From NCBI GenBank assembly GCA_051362555.1, contig CM120641.1:35160401-35224400 (forward strand): DNA of 64,000 nt, given 5' to 3'. Origin of the DNA: Lingula anatina. Taxonomy: Eukaryota > Animalia > Brachiopoda. This document shows positions 21,838 through 34,600 of the stretch, one piece after another; the first letter of the stretch is position 1; every line of letters begins with the position of its first letter. Under the pieces are notes generated by a model. It was not told the origin of the DNA. It saw only the letters and a program-made list of their open reading frames with translations, and did no database searches. The position numbers and the translations under genes were made by a program.

Positions 21838-23370
21838 CAGATATTTAAAGTTGGGTCCGAGTATTGAATATTGGTTCAAAACATTAGCCACGTCTTATAT
21901 CACGCGCTATATTTCATTTAGGTATACATACTTATTGCTCTTTCAGAAAATTAGTAGGGCTCGATGTAACAGACAGGGACACAAGTAAAGATACTTGTAC
22001 TGTACAAATTAAAGCTTAACGAGATTCTCGTTCTTGAAATATGTGTAGAGAAAAAGTGTTGTTTAACCTTTGGTCGCCCGTGTATATCGAACAAAAAGAA
22101 CGAAAGAAACCCCACCCAGTTATTGTTCTAGACTTATATTACATTTTATTACAATATCAGAACAATGTACATTATTCAAACCATTACGTCCGACCAGTCA
22201 ACTGATTCTAAAAAGGGGGTGGGGGCAAAACCTCAAAAACGGTATTAACATTTGGCCTTTTTTCTTTTGATCCAAACCACACATTTTCCTCCGAACGAGA
22301 CGTCAATTGACATTTTAGCGTTCATACTACTATATCCATAGAGAGCCCTCATTAAGGTGATATGTCGCTTGTCAACACGATGGAAATATCGTTACATACA
22401 AGTACTTTGATAGCCACGCCGAGAGATTTTTTCCTTTTATTATCATATATGTATTATTTTACTACCTTTTGTTACTTTTTTTTTTTTTTTGGTAGGATAA
22501 TTTCACTTAATGACTATGACAATTGGCAATAACAGACCCGTCTCCCGACTTTTCAAACTCTGTTAAGCAAAGACATCGTGAGATTTTGATCGATACAGCA
22601 TCTATCGTATTCATCAGAATAAAGAATGGAGATTAAATGAACTTGCCCCCCCAAAGTCTTGTGATAAACTCAGTAGAACTCCTAATCTTTTGAGAATATT
22701 TGGCGAAAAATCAACGGCCCTGGAAGCGAATCTAATAAACTAATGTATTGTATTTCTAATCAGAGACTTTACACTGTGGACTATGGCACACTACTACAAC
22801 TTTTGATAAAATATTTATTTACACAAAATTACTAGACAAAACTAAACATACTTTGATCCCACTAAAAACTTAAAAAAAAAAAATGCATTTAATCATCCAA
22901 AAAAAGATCATACATTATAGCTGTGCATTTGTCAACTTATCAATCGTATTCTTGAACTTCACATGTCTCTAAAAAGGCTACATTACTATCGATTACAATT
23001 TGATTATTCAAGAGGGCAGTCCGTTTCCCATACAGGTATATAAAACCATAAAAGAAATACAAATAGCAGATCAAGTCACCAGGACACTGTCACAGATCCA
23101 GAAAACCAAGAAGAAGGCCAATGGGATGTTATAAGCCCCTGCCTGTTCTTTCTTTCTTTCTGGATTGGTCATGAATAATGACACCAACCGATCACATCGT
23201 TGCTGAAAGAATGTCAAGTACACCACAAGCCAGGTGCTTTCTAGTTAAATTCAAGTCCAGATCCATTAAGGGCAAGTTCTATATAGGCTGGTATACTGTC
23301 ATAGAATATTTCAGGGGTAAACTGAATAACCTGGCTTCATCTTTATTAACATATTCATTGAAGCTGTCTT

Positions 23371-26182
23371 CTATCCAGAGCATCCTCTACATCCACAGTG
23401 AACACACTCCACAATACGACCCTGAAACATAAAGCGAATGGATGATAAATGTGTAACTAAACTTCTTTGAAGATGTGGTGGTCATTCATATGGAAATGAT
23501 GAAGAACAAAGGGCTTTGAAATTGTAAAGCGTATCCCTCACCAATTTTCAATTAATCAACAAAATAATGCATAACAACAGGTGAATCATACATTGTCTAA
23601 GCTTTGAAGTATGAAAAAGCATCATCCTATTTTACAAGTGCCTAGTTATGCTACCTTATTAGAGACAAGTAAGTCAATAGATTTATAACTGGTGATGAAT
23701 GGCCCTATTTGAGATGAAATGCAGTGTATTGAGAAACTTTTTAAGAAATATGTTACCCCTTTCATTTATCTAAATAGATTAGTGCCATTTGCTGTCGTAA
23801 GATGGACTGCGGTACATTCATATAAACCAAATTGTCAGATTTGGTTCATTACAGTCATGCAGCTGCATAGTGGCATCATTATCAACTGACAAACGTATGA
23901 TTTCTATTTAAGGGGCATTCCGTGGTATTCGTTTTGCATTACGGACGGAATTTTGACACTTTAAAAATAAATTCTACAAGAACTATAATACATAAATTGT
24001 TCAAATTTGGCAGGAATATTGATTAGTGCAAGCCTAAACTTCTGACCAAAAAACTTGAAATAACATCTATTAGTTTTTGAGAAATATTGGTTATTGATCA
24101 CCATTACGGACGGAAAAAAATGGACAAGAATTTTTATTAATCAACTTCAACTTCAAAACTCTGCTCTGTTTGTGGCTTTTTAAAGATAAAACTGCATTGG
24201 CATGACAATTTCATTATTCTAGTTACTAGAAATGTAAAGGGTTATTAAAAAAATTTTTTTTTGTTAGGAAATTTTTGAAGTTTAAAAAATCATGTCAGAT
24301 TACGGACGGAAAATTACGGACGGAAAATTTGTCCACAGTGCAAAACTTACACAGAAGCCATTAAAAAAGTACAATTAATTATTTATTCATGGTAAAATTT
24401 AACTTTTTACTAAATATGTACATAATAGGAAGTTATTTTTGATGTCAACTCAAATATTTTTGTGAGCTATTTCAAATTACAAAAATCAACTACAGTCTAC
24501 ACTTTCATGAAGAAGAGATCCCTTGTGTTCTAATATTGTCATTGTTTAAAATTCTGTGTTGAATTCTAATTCAGAATAGCTACATTTAAAAGTTCCTTTT
24601 TTTTCATGCTAAAGTTTAAACACTGTTTTTATTCTGACACATTAAGTCCAACAGAGAATTTGTATCTCTTGCATTGGTCCATCACAGGGAATGGTACAGG
24701 TTTGATAATTTGGTCACTGGAAATCCATGCTCTGTCTTCTTGAGAAGGAAAGGCAAATAGTTTTTTTACTTGTCCTTTGCTCAGAGAAAAGTTACTTCTA
24801 TATCACCACCTTCTATGAATATAATTTGACCTAAATAAATGTTCTGAGGATATAGGATAATTTCAGGTAAGTGGCATGGTGCTAGAACAAAGGCCTGGCC
24901 TCTAGTCATCTTTGATTAACTGTGGTCAGCAATTATCTTACTGCTCATCTCCCAGGTATATACAACTTGTATATGACAGGTAAGTGATCAAAAGCACATT
25001 TTATCTTCAAATTGCAATCAAAGTAACTGAAAATATCCAAGAGAAGCCATGATCATAAGTGATCCTTAAGGTGCAATTTAAATGCCACTAATTGACAAGT
25101 GAGACAGACGTTGAAAAGTCTTGCCAGGTAAGAAAAAGCACTTTTTGACTTTAAATCCTGCATTTTTGAATAATCTTTTTTTTTTAAATAAATCTTTATA
25201 AGGGAAACAGTTCTTCTTTAGTTTTGAAATTCATAAATCAATTACTTGAGTAAGCCACATGAAACCAATCAGTAGAAATGTTATAGCCAGGTAGCTATGC
25301 CTTTCCGTCCGTAATGCTAATTTTCCGTCCGTAATGATTTTTTATTATGAAATTAATTTGTCTTCAAATATGTTTAAAAATTTTTTTGGGGGATATTTGG
25401 TAAACATAGGACTAGTATGAGGAGAATATGAAAGGAATTTTTTTTCTGTCAAGTAGTCTTTAAAAAAATTTAAAAAATAGAGCCCAAATCATTACGGACG
25501 GAAAAAATGACTTTGGATTAATGATTAATTAACTATTTTTTAAAGATTTCACTTGATTTTTTATGTGTTTACCCCAAGGACTTGCTGTAATTTATGTCTC
25601 AATTGAAAGATATTGATTAAAATTTATTTTGAGTGTTATATGCAAAAAATAAAAAATTCCGTCCGTAATGCTAATTTTCACATTTTTCAAGTTTAATGCG
25701 CTATAAAATCATGAATTCAAAAAATACAGATAAATCTTGTACAAATTATTATCCCCTGAAGTCTCTTCTTTCAGAAAATGCAACTTTTGATTGATTTTTG
25801 TAAATTTGAAAATTTTATGCCCAGGACACAAATACCACGGAATGACCCTTAACATTACAGGACTGCAGTCTGCAGAGGTTACAGGTGCACCATTCCTCTC
25901 TAATACCTTCATCAATCTCCTCACCTGTTGTCCCACAGTTCAAATAAAACCTCATTTGACTTGAAATTATCTATAATTAAATCCAATTTTCTTCGAGGAT
26001 GTTGTCAGGATTTTGCCATCACCAATATATCACTGGGATTAAAACCCACAATGCCAGAACAACAAGACGTGGGTAATTAACATCTACTGACATGCTAAGC
26101 CCATCCTGTTAACATTGCTTAGAGCAAAACAAGCAAAGGCATCATATGGCAGAGCAAAAAGAACTACTAGGTTTTCTTTTCA

Positions 26183-26224
<42 letters not shown>

Positions 26225-27639
26225 TAAACATAAAGTATTAGCAGCATGTAAAAATAAACTATAACTTATCAAATTTATTTAATCATTTTTGCAAAGTGCT
26301 TTTATGAAAATAAATAAATACATAAAAAATTAAATTATAAATAAATGCACAAATTTAAAAATGCATAAATTTTGCTTTGTGATATCTTACCTCTTCCAAT
26401 TTGCTTTTTGGTACCCTGCAGATGCAATTTGTTCCAAAATTAGTGTCCCTTGCCTGTATACACCTCAAACAACATAAGTTTTCATAGCCTTGTTTTTTCC
26501 ATTTAGCAATAAGGCGGGCATCAGCAAGGTTCTCCTTAATGCAGTAATCGTAAAGTTCTATAATAAAAATATAAAAAGATCTTTGTAAAAACTGAACAAA
26601 AAAGTCATTATTTCCCCTATTCTTCTTATATATGGTCCAATATAATATTTAATCATTTTTAGTGATGACAAGAAAGTATTAATTAAATTTCTTCTTCTTC
26701 CCTCTTATATATATACAAATTTCCCACTTTTAAATTCGCTACATGGTTTACTTTGCCACGTGAAACTTTTTAGTCCATGTAAAAGACATCTTACCTTTAC
26801 TTATTGCTTTTCTTTTGTGATATAAATCAAACACATAGCGAGATCTCTGATGATGGATCTTGAACACAGGCCACAGCGTTTCTACTTTACGTTTTCCTTC
26901 ATGGGGATCTGTCTGAGCTGAAAAAAAAAAAAAAACTAATTTATATCCTGGCATGTAAGTTTATTTGTGATTAAAAACATTTTCGGTTATTAAGTACACA
27001 AATTAAAGAAATAAAAGGTAAAAGTGAATCCATATGGGTATTACATTAGTGTAAACATTATTGATTTTATTTCAATTCACTGTGTTAATTGTGTAAAACA
27101 GGCAATGGTGTTGTGCCAGTTGAGAAAAACCACTGCACTTCCCAGTTACTTAGATTGCTCAAAAGATAACAGCCTAATTTGAATATATTGGTCATGATGG
27201 ATTACACATATTTGTAACCTGTTGACTTATACTTTCAAAGCCCATAATTCGTAGTGCAAATGAATTCAATGATAAATAATTACAGTTTAAAAATGATTGC
27301 CCTAGCCATTTCCATTTAACAAAATTGACTAACAGTTCAGCTGTCACGAAATAATGCCAGAGATTGAACATCTTGCCACTTTATAATGGCAACCTTATGC
27401 TGATTCACCATCTTTTAATATTTAATTCTATTTCACCTCAGCCCTTTTCGAATATTCATTACGCTGCGTGGTACAACAACTTGAAGTACATGTAGTAGTA
27501 CTACTAGTAGAAATGAGAAGGAGAAACTTCCTTCAGATTACTTACCTTCTCTCATTTTTTGATCCAATTCATCTAGCGTAGGTTCAATAAGTTCCCATCC
27601 CTCTGGAGGAGGCTTTTTACTTTTTCTCACTTTTCCCAT
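23371..27639 (-). CDS. BUD31: Protein BUD31 homolog (G10), spliceosome component, 144 aa
   Basis: Exons 27639-27546, 26917-26795, 26557-26391, 23421-23371 give [82 protein letters not shown]. Confidence 0.98.
23912..25848 (-). mobile_element. Non-autonomous DNA transposon with TTAA TSD (Kolobok/Sola3-like) in BUD31 intron 3
   Basis: TIRs GGGGCATTCCGTGGTATT / AATACCACGGAATGACCC with TTAA on both flanks. Eight copies of ATTACGGACGGAA in both orientations. Frameshifted coding remnant at 24852-24629. Confidence 0.88.
26187..26223. repeat. (GT)n microsatellite
   Basis: Direct reading. Confidence 0.95.
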
Positions 27640-27837
27640 GTCTGTTTATGGCCGTTTAAACTACCTGTTGTGAGACTGCAAATATTACGTTCTTTCTTCA
27701 CGTTATTCTTCAGGAAGTGGTAAAGTAGGCACTGCGCAGACTCGGACAGAATTGTGGGATGCTGAAGAGCCCATCCGGTTTTTCTGGTGTGGTGCAATTC
27801 ACTTTGTCATATTTTCCTTCTTTACTAGTCAAGTAAA
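27640..27837. promoter_or_regulatory. Compact bidirectional promoter of BUD31/PDAP1
   Basis: Only 198 bp between the divergent ATGs. Contains ETS-like CAGGAAGTG (27711-27719) and a TGCGCA core. Confidence 0.75.
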
Positions 27838-29986
27838 ATGCCGAGAGGTAAGTTAACCGTAAAAATGTTAAGAAATTCTAAAATGAGGTTGAAAATGTAT
27901 TCATTTTTTAATCAGTAGACATGTTGTTATGTAAAATAAAGCATTTATCCGACACAACAGTGCTTACACTAAAGCAAGTTCTTCACATGGTTCCGACTTC
28001 CGAGTTCAACATTCTCGTTCTACTTCAATTTAAAGTTGGCAGTTGATTTAAGCTGTACATAAGAACCTTCAGATCTAGTAAATCAGATCTTGGATCGACC
28101 CAGCTGCTTGTGTTATTTTGTCAAACTGTTTATGTCTAGCATACATTTTAGACGTTTTTACATGTTCACCACACTGAGTGATAATGGATGAGGGATACTG
28201 AATATGTGCACTTCATTACCACTGAAATTAAAACAACAAACGAGCCCCAGTGATGCTATTCCACATTGTTCATTATTGAATGCATTAAAAAAACAATGAA
28301 CAGTTCCCAACATTCATTTAAAAATACTGGTTTTTAATATTGCATTAACTTTGTGCTATTAAGGTGGAAGCAGAGGGAAGAAATTTTCCCATAAGGGACA
28401 GAGACGACATTTCACAGATGCAGAAGATTTAAAGGCACAGCGTGAAGAAGATGAGAAGAGGAAGCACTGGAGGGTATCCTTTACTTACATATTTTTGTAT
28501 ACGAAATAAAATTTTCAATTTGAGGACCCACTGCATTTAGAATCCATCAGCTACTGTATTTTTGATAAAGAAACCAAATATTTACACATTCTGTTTGTCT
28601 TAATAGCTAACTAATTGAATATTGGACCCTAGGTGACACCTACCACTTACTATATTTTTATTGTATTATATAAAATAGAGAAATCAGGGTCTTCCTAGTG
28701 ATGAGGAGTCAGAAGAGGAAGAAGAAACAGGGGCCAGTGAAACCAAGGCAACAAATAAAAAAGAACATGGAGCACCAGGTGAACTGCCTCCATCTTCCAG
28801 TGAGGAGAGCGATAGTGATGACGACGAAGTAGGTGATAGGGATTGTTTTGCGTTTGAATTGTTATTCTTGTGATATTTTCAGTGACTACATTGATATAGC
28901 TTAGTTTATGAGATAATGGGCTGCTTAGTGTTTTGATTGTGAGAATTATTATGTCATAGTACTTAAAGAACAGGATATACTATATTTTAGGCACATCATT
29001 CAGTGGGTGATCTATGTATGAATTCCAGAGCAAAAAAGTGACTGTGACTGAATAATTTATTAATATTATCGCAGTAGAATGTTACACATGATAATATTAT
29101 GACCATTTTTTTTACCCAGAATAAAAAGGCAAAGGGTATTTCCTACCTCATCCAAGGAGAAATACATAATCCAAACATTGGAGGAAAAAGAAATAAAAAA
29201 GTTACAGACTTGAATATGGATGATGCTCCTAAGACAACATTATCCAGGAGAGAAAAGTAAGTAAGATTGTTATATAATCTGTTCATAGTTTTTCTTTTTA
29301 TATCTGATCCATTAAGCTTTGTGGGCAGTGGATGTATATAACATATGAAAATTGACATTGAAGAGAGGAACTAGAACTTTATCTATTCACAGTTTTTCTT
29401 CTTTGTACATCTCTCTTCGTTTGACACACCTTCAAGTTAGCCTTATGGGTTCGGAATGTATGTGACATTTTGAAATTGTCATTGAAGGGAGGAACTAGAA
29501 AAGCAGAGAGCAAGATTACATTATCAAAAACTTCACAAGGAGGGAAAAACCGATGAAGCAAAAGCAGATTTAGCCAGGTTAGCAATCATCAAAAAGCAAA
29601 GAGAAGAGGCAGCAAGAAAAAGAGAGGAAGAACAGAAAGGTATTTTTCCAGTAGATATTTAAAATTTGTTTATTTGAAGTTGTTTTTGGGTTGTAAATAT
29701 TCTTTCTTATGTGTTTACTTTTTATTGAATCAAAATACAAAGTTGGAGGGAAAAATCCTTTCCAGCACATGCAAGCAAAATAAGCCAGATAAAACTAATT
29801 GTTCCTTAGGATAGAGTCACTTATGTTGACAAAAAGAATTTCTATTGTTGTTTATAAAGATAAGTCTGGTAAACTCTCTTTGCTGTTAGTCTTTAAGCAC
29901 AAATGGAAATGATTCAATTTCATTGTCCCACTTAATGTTATATATTATGTTTTCCAGCAAAGGAAGCTGCAGCCCAGAAGACATGA
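27838..29986 (+). CDS. PDAP1: 28 kDa heat- and acid-stable phosphoprotein (PDGFA-associated protein 1)
   Basis: Exons 27838-27847, 28364-28473, 28679-28828, 29120-29256, 29488-29639, 29958-29986 give [88 protein letters not shown]. Confidence 0.96.
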
Positions 29987-31659
29987 TGCTGGATAACATT
30001 GTGACTCTTTATAACAGCCGTTTGTACTGCTCATAGTTACGAATTTCTCAACTTCAACATGTCATATAATACAAGAAATGCATGAAACGCGTGAAAAATA
30101 ATACCTGTGAGAAGATGAAAAGCAAAGTGATGAAAAATGGGAAATAAAATACCTGGAACAAGAAAAATGGTAAATAGTGGGAGTTTCTTAGCACTTCTGA
30201 ATTTCCCATTTGGACAATGATGTTCATGTGTAAAATGCGGTGCTGGAGGAAAGTATCCAAGAAGTGTATTCTAAACCATTTAGAATAATTAGAAGTCGTT
30301 GGAGGCATATATTTCATTGTAGTTTATTCTTCATATAAGACCATTTTTCTGCTGTCATGTATTTATATTCATGTGCTGCTTTAAGATTGTGTAAAAGAAA
30401 TTATTTGGGCGGAGGAAAATAAAAGGATTTGGTCTTGCAAAATTTCTTTTTTCTGTGGATTGCTTCCAGTTTAAAATTGCTGTTGTGTATTTAAATAGCT
30501 TGAACATTGTGGAAGTCTTGTTTTAAAAATAAGGCAGATATTCAGACTTCTTGTTTGAAGATGTTGAGATATTCTCTTTAAATTTGTACCAAGTAGAATT
30601 CACATTGTAATATCACTTGCTCATATAGACAGTATAAGGATAATCCGTGTATTTATAATACATTAATCACGTTTAATTGCAACTTTTCATTCTCCAACAT
30701 TAGCAATAGATGTGTTATTTACCTACTTGCGACATATTTTTAGGAGCATGGCATGAATTTATCAGTCAAATGTATCAAGACTGGGTCAGAAAATATTTGT
30801 AGAAATGTTCTGCATTTAACCAGACCAGACCAGACCAGAGACATATATTTGAAATAGGAGTTATAATAGTCGTGATAATGGGACTTTAAATTATCTGCAT
30901 GTGGCTAATTTTCTTTCTGTTTACCTGGCTCTGTTCTATATTTTAGGACAAATATTGTCAAATAAAAAAATGTCATTTTAATGATTTTTGGTTAGTCCTA
31001 CAACCAAAATACAAAGGAGTGTTAATTGTAGACACTTTGTTGGAAGTCTGCTATTAAATTAATGAACTTCTAGGTAACCTCAAGATGAAATGAGAATTTA
31101 GTACATCATGATCACAGCACCTCTGACTTGACTGAGGATAACAACTGAGCAGGGTTTTTGTGTAATGAATTTTTTAATGAAAAACTATTGCACTTATACG
31201 CCAAAGTTTTTCTTACAACCATAATGCAATAATTAGTGCAAAAAGCAATATTTATGTCCACCCGTTCTTTCAGGTCATGGAAAAATCTATATACAGATAA
31301 AACCGATAAATAAACTCACATCAGATTCTTAGGTTTAAAACGTATACCTGTAAAGTTATCAATTTATGCTTTTTTGCAACACAAAACGCTTCAATCTCAA
31401 CTTACAAATGGTTTCATCTGGCTGAAAAAAAAACCACAGTTCCATGCTCTCAGCATTACCAGCACTAAGAATTTAAAAACTTGTATTTTCTGACTTTATA
31501 TCATGCCAGCACCATCACAGAAGGGTCCAATTAAATCCACCTCTTGTTTGATTCAGCACCAATGTATAAGCATGTCAGTATTGAAATATGCCTTTAAAAT
31601 GAAAGTCAAAACCACTGTTACAAAAACTTTTTAATTGGTCATAAAAGTTTTAAAATTCA

Positions 31660-34600
31660 TCAATTTTCACCTAGAACTTGAAATCCAGGAATACCAGCAA
31701 AGCTTTCTGAATCTGAAAGGAAAAAATTCTCATGTAAGTGAGAATGAAAAAGGCAATCAATCATTGCATTAAGTTATTATCTACCAAAATACAACTGTAC
31801 TCTTCACAGAATTTCATAATTGTTCAAATATTATAAGTTTCATACTTAGAGATTCCTGTGTCAGCCTTCTCTGTTTCTCAGACAGAATACATTTGCATGA
31901 GAAGACCCAATCTGGAGGGGACCATTCTGCCCACTGAAAAAAAATTCCGTCAAACTTATAATAAAATCACAAAATGTCGTTTCTCTTCAATATCCAAAAT
32001 ACAGCTACTCCTCAACATACTGACAGCCTCAAATGACTAGTCAACAAACTGACAAAAGTTATCACAAGACCTCATTTTGCCTCTCTTAACTTTTTATGTA
32101 CAGACACAGATGTGTCTGTACATATAGCCATCATCTGCGTCTGTCGTCGCCGTCGCCGCTGTCGTCGCCGTCGCCGTGCACTTTTACCGATAACACGATA
32201 AGTGGAAAACCATTTTACCTTTTGACTTGAAACTTACAGAACTGATGAATATTCATAATACGCAGGTCAAGTTCGAAAATCAGCATGATCGGGTCACTTT
32301 TAGGGAATTTATGCTGTTTTTTCACTTTTTTCAGCATATATGCAGCACCGATAACACGATAAGTAGAAAACCATTTTACCTTTTGACTTGAAACTTACAG
32401 AACTGATGAATATTCATAATACGCAGGTCAAGTTCGAAAATCAGCATGATCGGGTCACTTTTAGGGAATTTATGCAGTTTTTTCACTTTTTTCAGCATAT
32501 ATGCAGCACCGATAACACGATAAGTGGAAAACCATTTTACCTTTTGACTTGAAACTTACAGAACTGATGAATATTCATAATACGCAGGTCAAGTTCGAAA
32601 ATCAGCATGATCGGGTCACTTTTAGGGAATTTATGCTGTTTTTTCACTTTTTTCAGCATATATGCAGCACCGATAACACGATAAGTGGAAAACCATTTTA
32701 CCTTTTGACTTGAAACTTACAGAACTGATGAATATTCATAATACGCAGGTCAAGTTCGAAAATCAGCATGATCGGGTCACTTTTAGGTAATTTATGCTGT
32801 TATTTCACTATTTTCAATATAAATGCAACACTGATAACACAATATAAGAAAAACGGATTGGCCAATTGTAATTATACTCACAAGAGTGGTCAATCTTACT
32901 AAAACGCAGGTTGAGTTCGAAAATAAGCATAATCGGGCCATTACTTAAGAAGTTATACTGTTTTTATGTACAGACACAGATGTGTCTGTACATATAGCCG
33001 TCATCTGCGTCTGTCGCCGTCGTCGCCGTCGTTGCCGTCGTCGCCGTGCACTTTTACCGATAACACGATAAGTGGAAAACTGTTTTTTCTTTTGGCTTGA
33101 AACTTACAGAACTGATGAATATTCATAATACGCAGGTCAAGTTCGAAAATCAGCATGATCGGGTCACTTATAGGGAATTTATGCTGTTTTTTCACTTTTT
33201 TCAGCATATATGCAGCACCGATAACACGATAAGTGGAAAACCGTTTTACCTTTTGGCTGGAAACTTACAGAACTGATGAATATTTATAATACGCAGGTCA
33301 AGTTCAAAAATCAGCGTGATTGTGTCATTTTTAGTGAATTTAGGCTATTTTTTCTCTTTTTTTAGCATATATACAGCACCGATAACACCATAAATGGAAA
33401 ACCATTTTACCTTTTGGCTTGAAACTTACAGAACTGATGAATATTTATAATACCCAGGTCAAGTTCAAAAATCGGCGTGATTGTGTCATTTTTAGTGAAT
33501 TTAGGCTATTTTTTCTCTTTTTTCAGCATATATACAGCATCGATAACACCATAAATGGAAAACCATTTTACCTTTTGGCTTGAAACTTACAGAACTGATG
33601 AATATTCATAATACGCAGGTCAAGTTCGAAAATCAGCGTGATTGGGTCATTTTTAGTAAATTTAGGCTATTTTTTCTCTTTTTTCAGCATATATACAGCA
33701 CCCATAACACCATAAATGGAAAACCATTTTACCTTTTGGCTTGAAACTTACCGAACTGATGAATATTCATAATACGCAGGTCAAGTTTGAAAATCAGCAT
33801 GATTGGGTCATTTTTAATGAATTTAGGCTATTTTTTCACTTTTTTTCAGCATTTTTGCAACACCGATAACACAATAAATGGAAAGCTGTTTTACCCTTTG
33901 GCTTGAAACTTACAGAACTGATAAATATTCACAATACACAGGTTGAGTTTGAAAATCAGCATGATTGGACCACTTTTATGGAAGTTAAGCTGTTTAGTTT
34001 CACTTTTTTCAGCATATATGCAACACTGATAACACGATAAGTGAAAAACAGATAGGCCAATTGTCATAATATTCATAGGAGTGGCCAATCTTACTAAAAC
34101 GAAGGTTGAGTTAGAAAATCAGCATAATCGGTCCATTATTTTAGAAGTTATGCTGTTTTTTCACATTTCCTCACATTCAATTCTTAGGCATGTTAACAGT
34201 CTCATTAGTTAACTAATAAGATACGTAAAAGTGTTTGTTTGGCATTTCCTGCATCTTTACAACATTGTTAGTTGATTTTGTAAAAATGATAGTAAACCTG
34301 TTATCGTGTATTGTGTAATAAAGTGTCAAAAATGGAAATAAACACATATCATTGCAGTTTGTCAGATTCAATCATCCACTATGTTCAGAATATCAAAATG
34401 GAGGAAATTGGACATATAACACTGTCTTATTGATATTTTCCCATCTCATCAATTTTCTTAGTTGGTCATATAAAAATGGCAGTAAACTGTATATTTTGTT
34501 TTATGTTTAAAAAGTCTTAAAAATGGTAATAAACCCATTTCAGAACAGTGCTGTCTTGTTTCACTTTTTTCAGCATTTATGTAGCACAGATAACACGATA

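Noticed and set aside
23782-23895. Two hairpins with H/ACA- or C/D-like boxes in BUD31 intron 3
   Set aside because: The H/ACA-like arrangement is antisense to the host, and the C box on the sense strand is poor. Not supportable without a covariance search.
32242-32300. Hammerhead-like CTGATGA...CGAAA in every 161-bp satellite unit
   Set aside because: No stem II can form (A/C closing pair), there is no valid UH cleavage site and no stem I complementarity.
32187-33900. Regularly spaced repeats resembling a CRISPR array
   Set aside because: Whole units repeat with no unique spacers, the context is a eukaryotic intron, and there are no cas genes.
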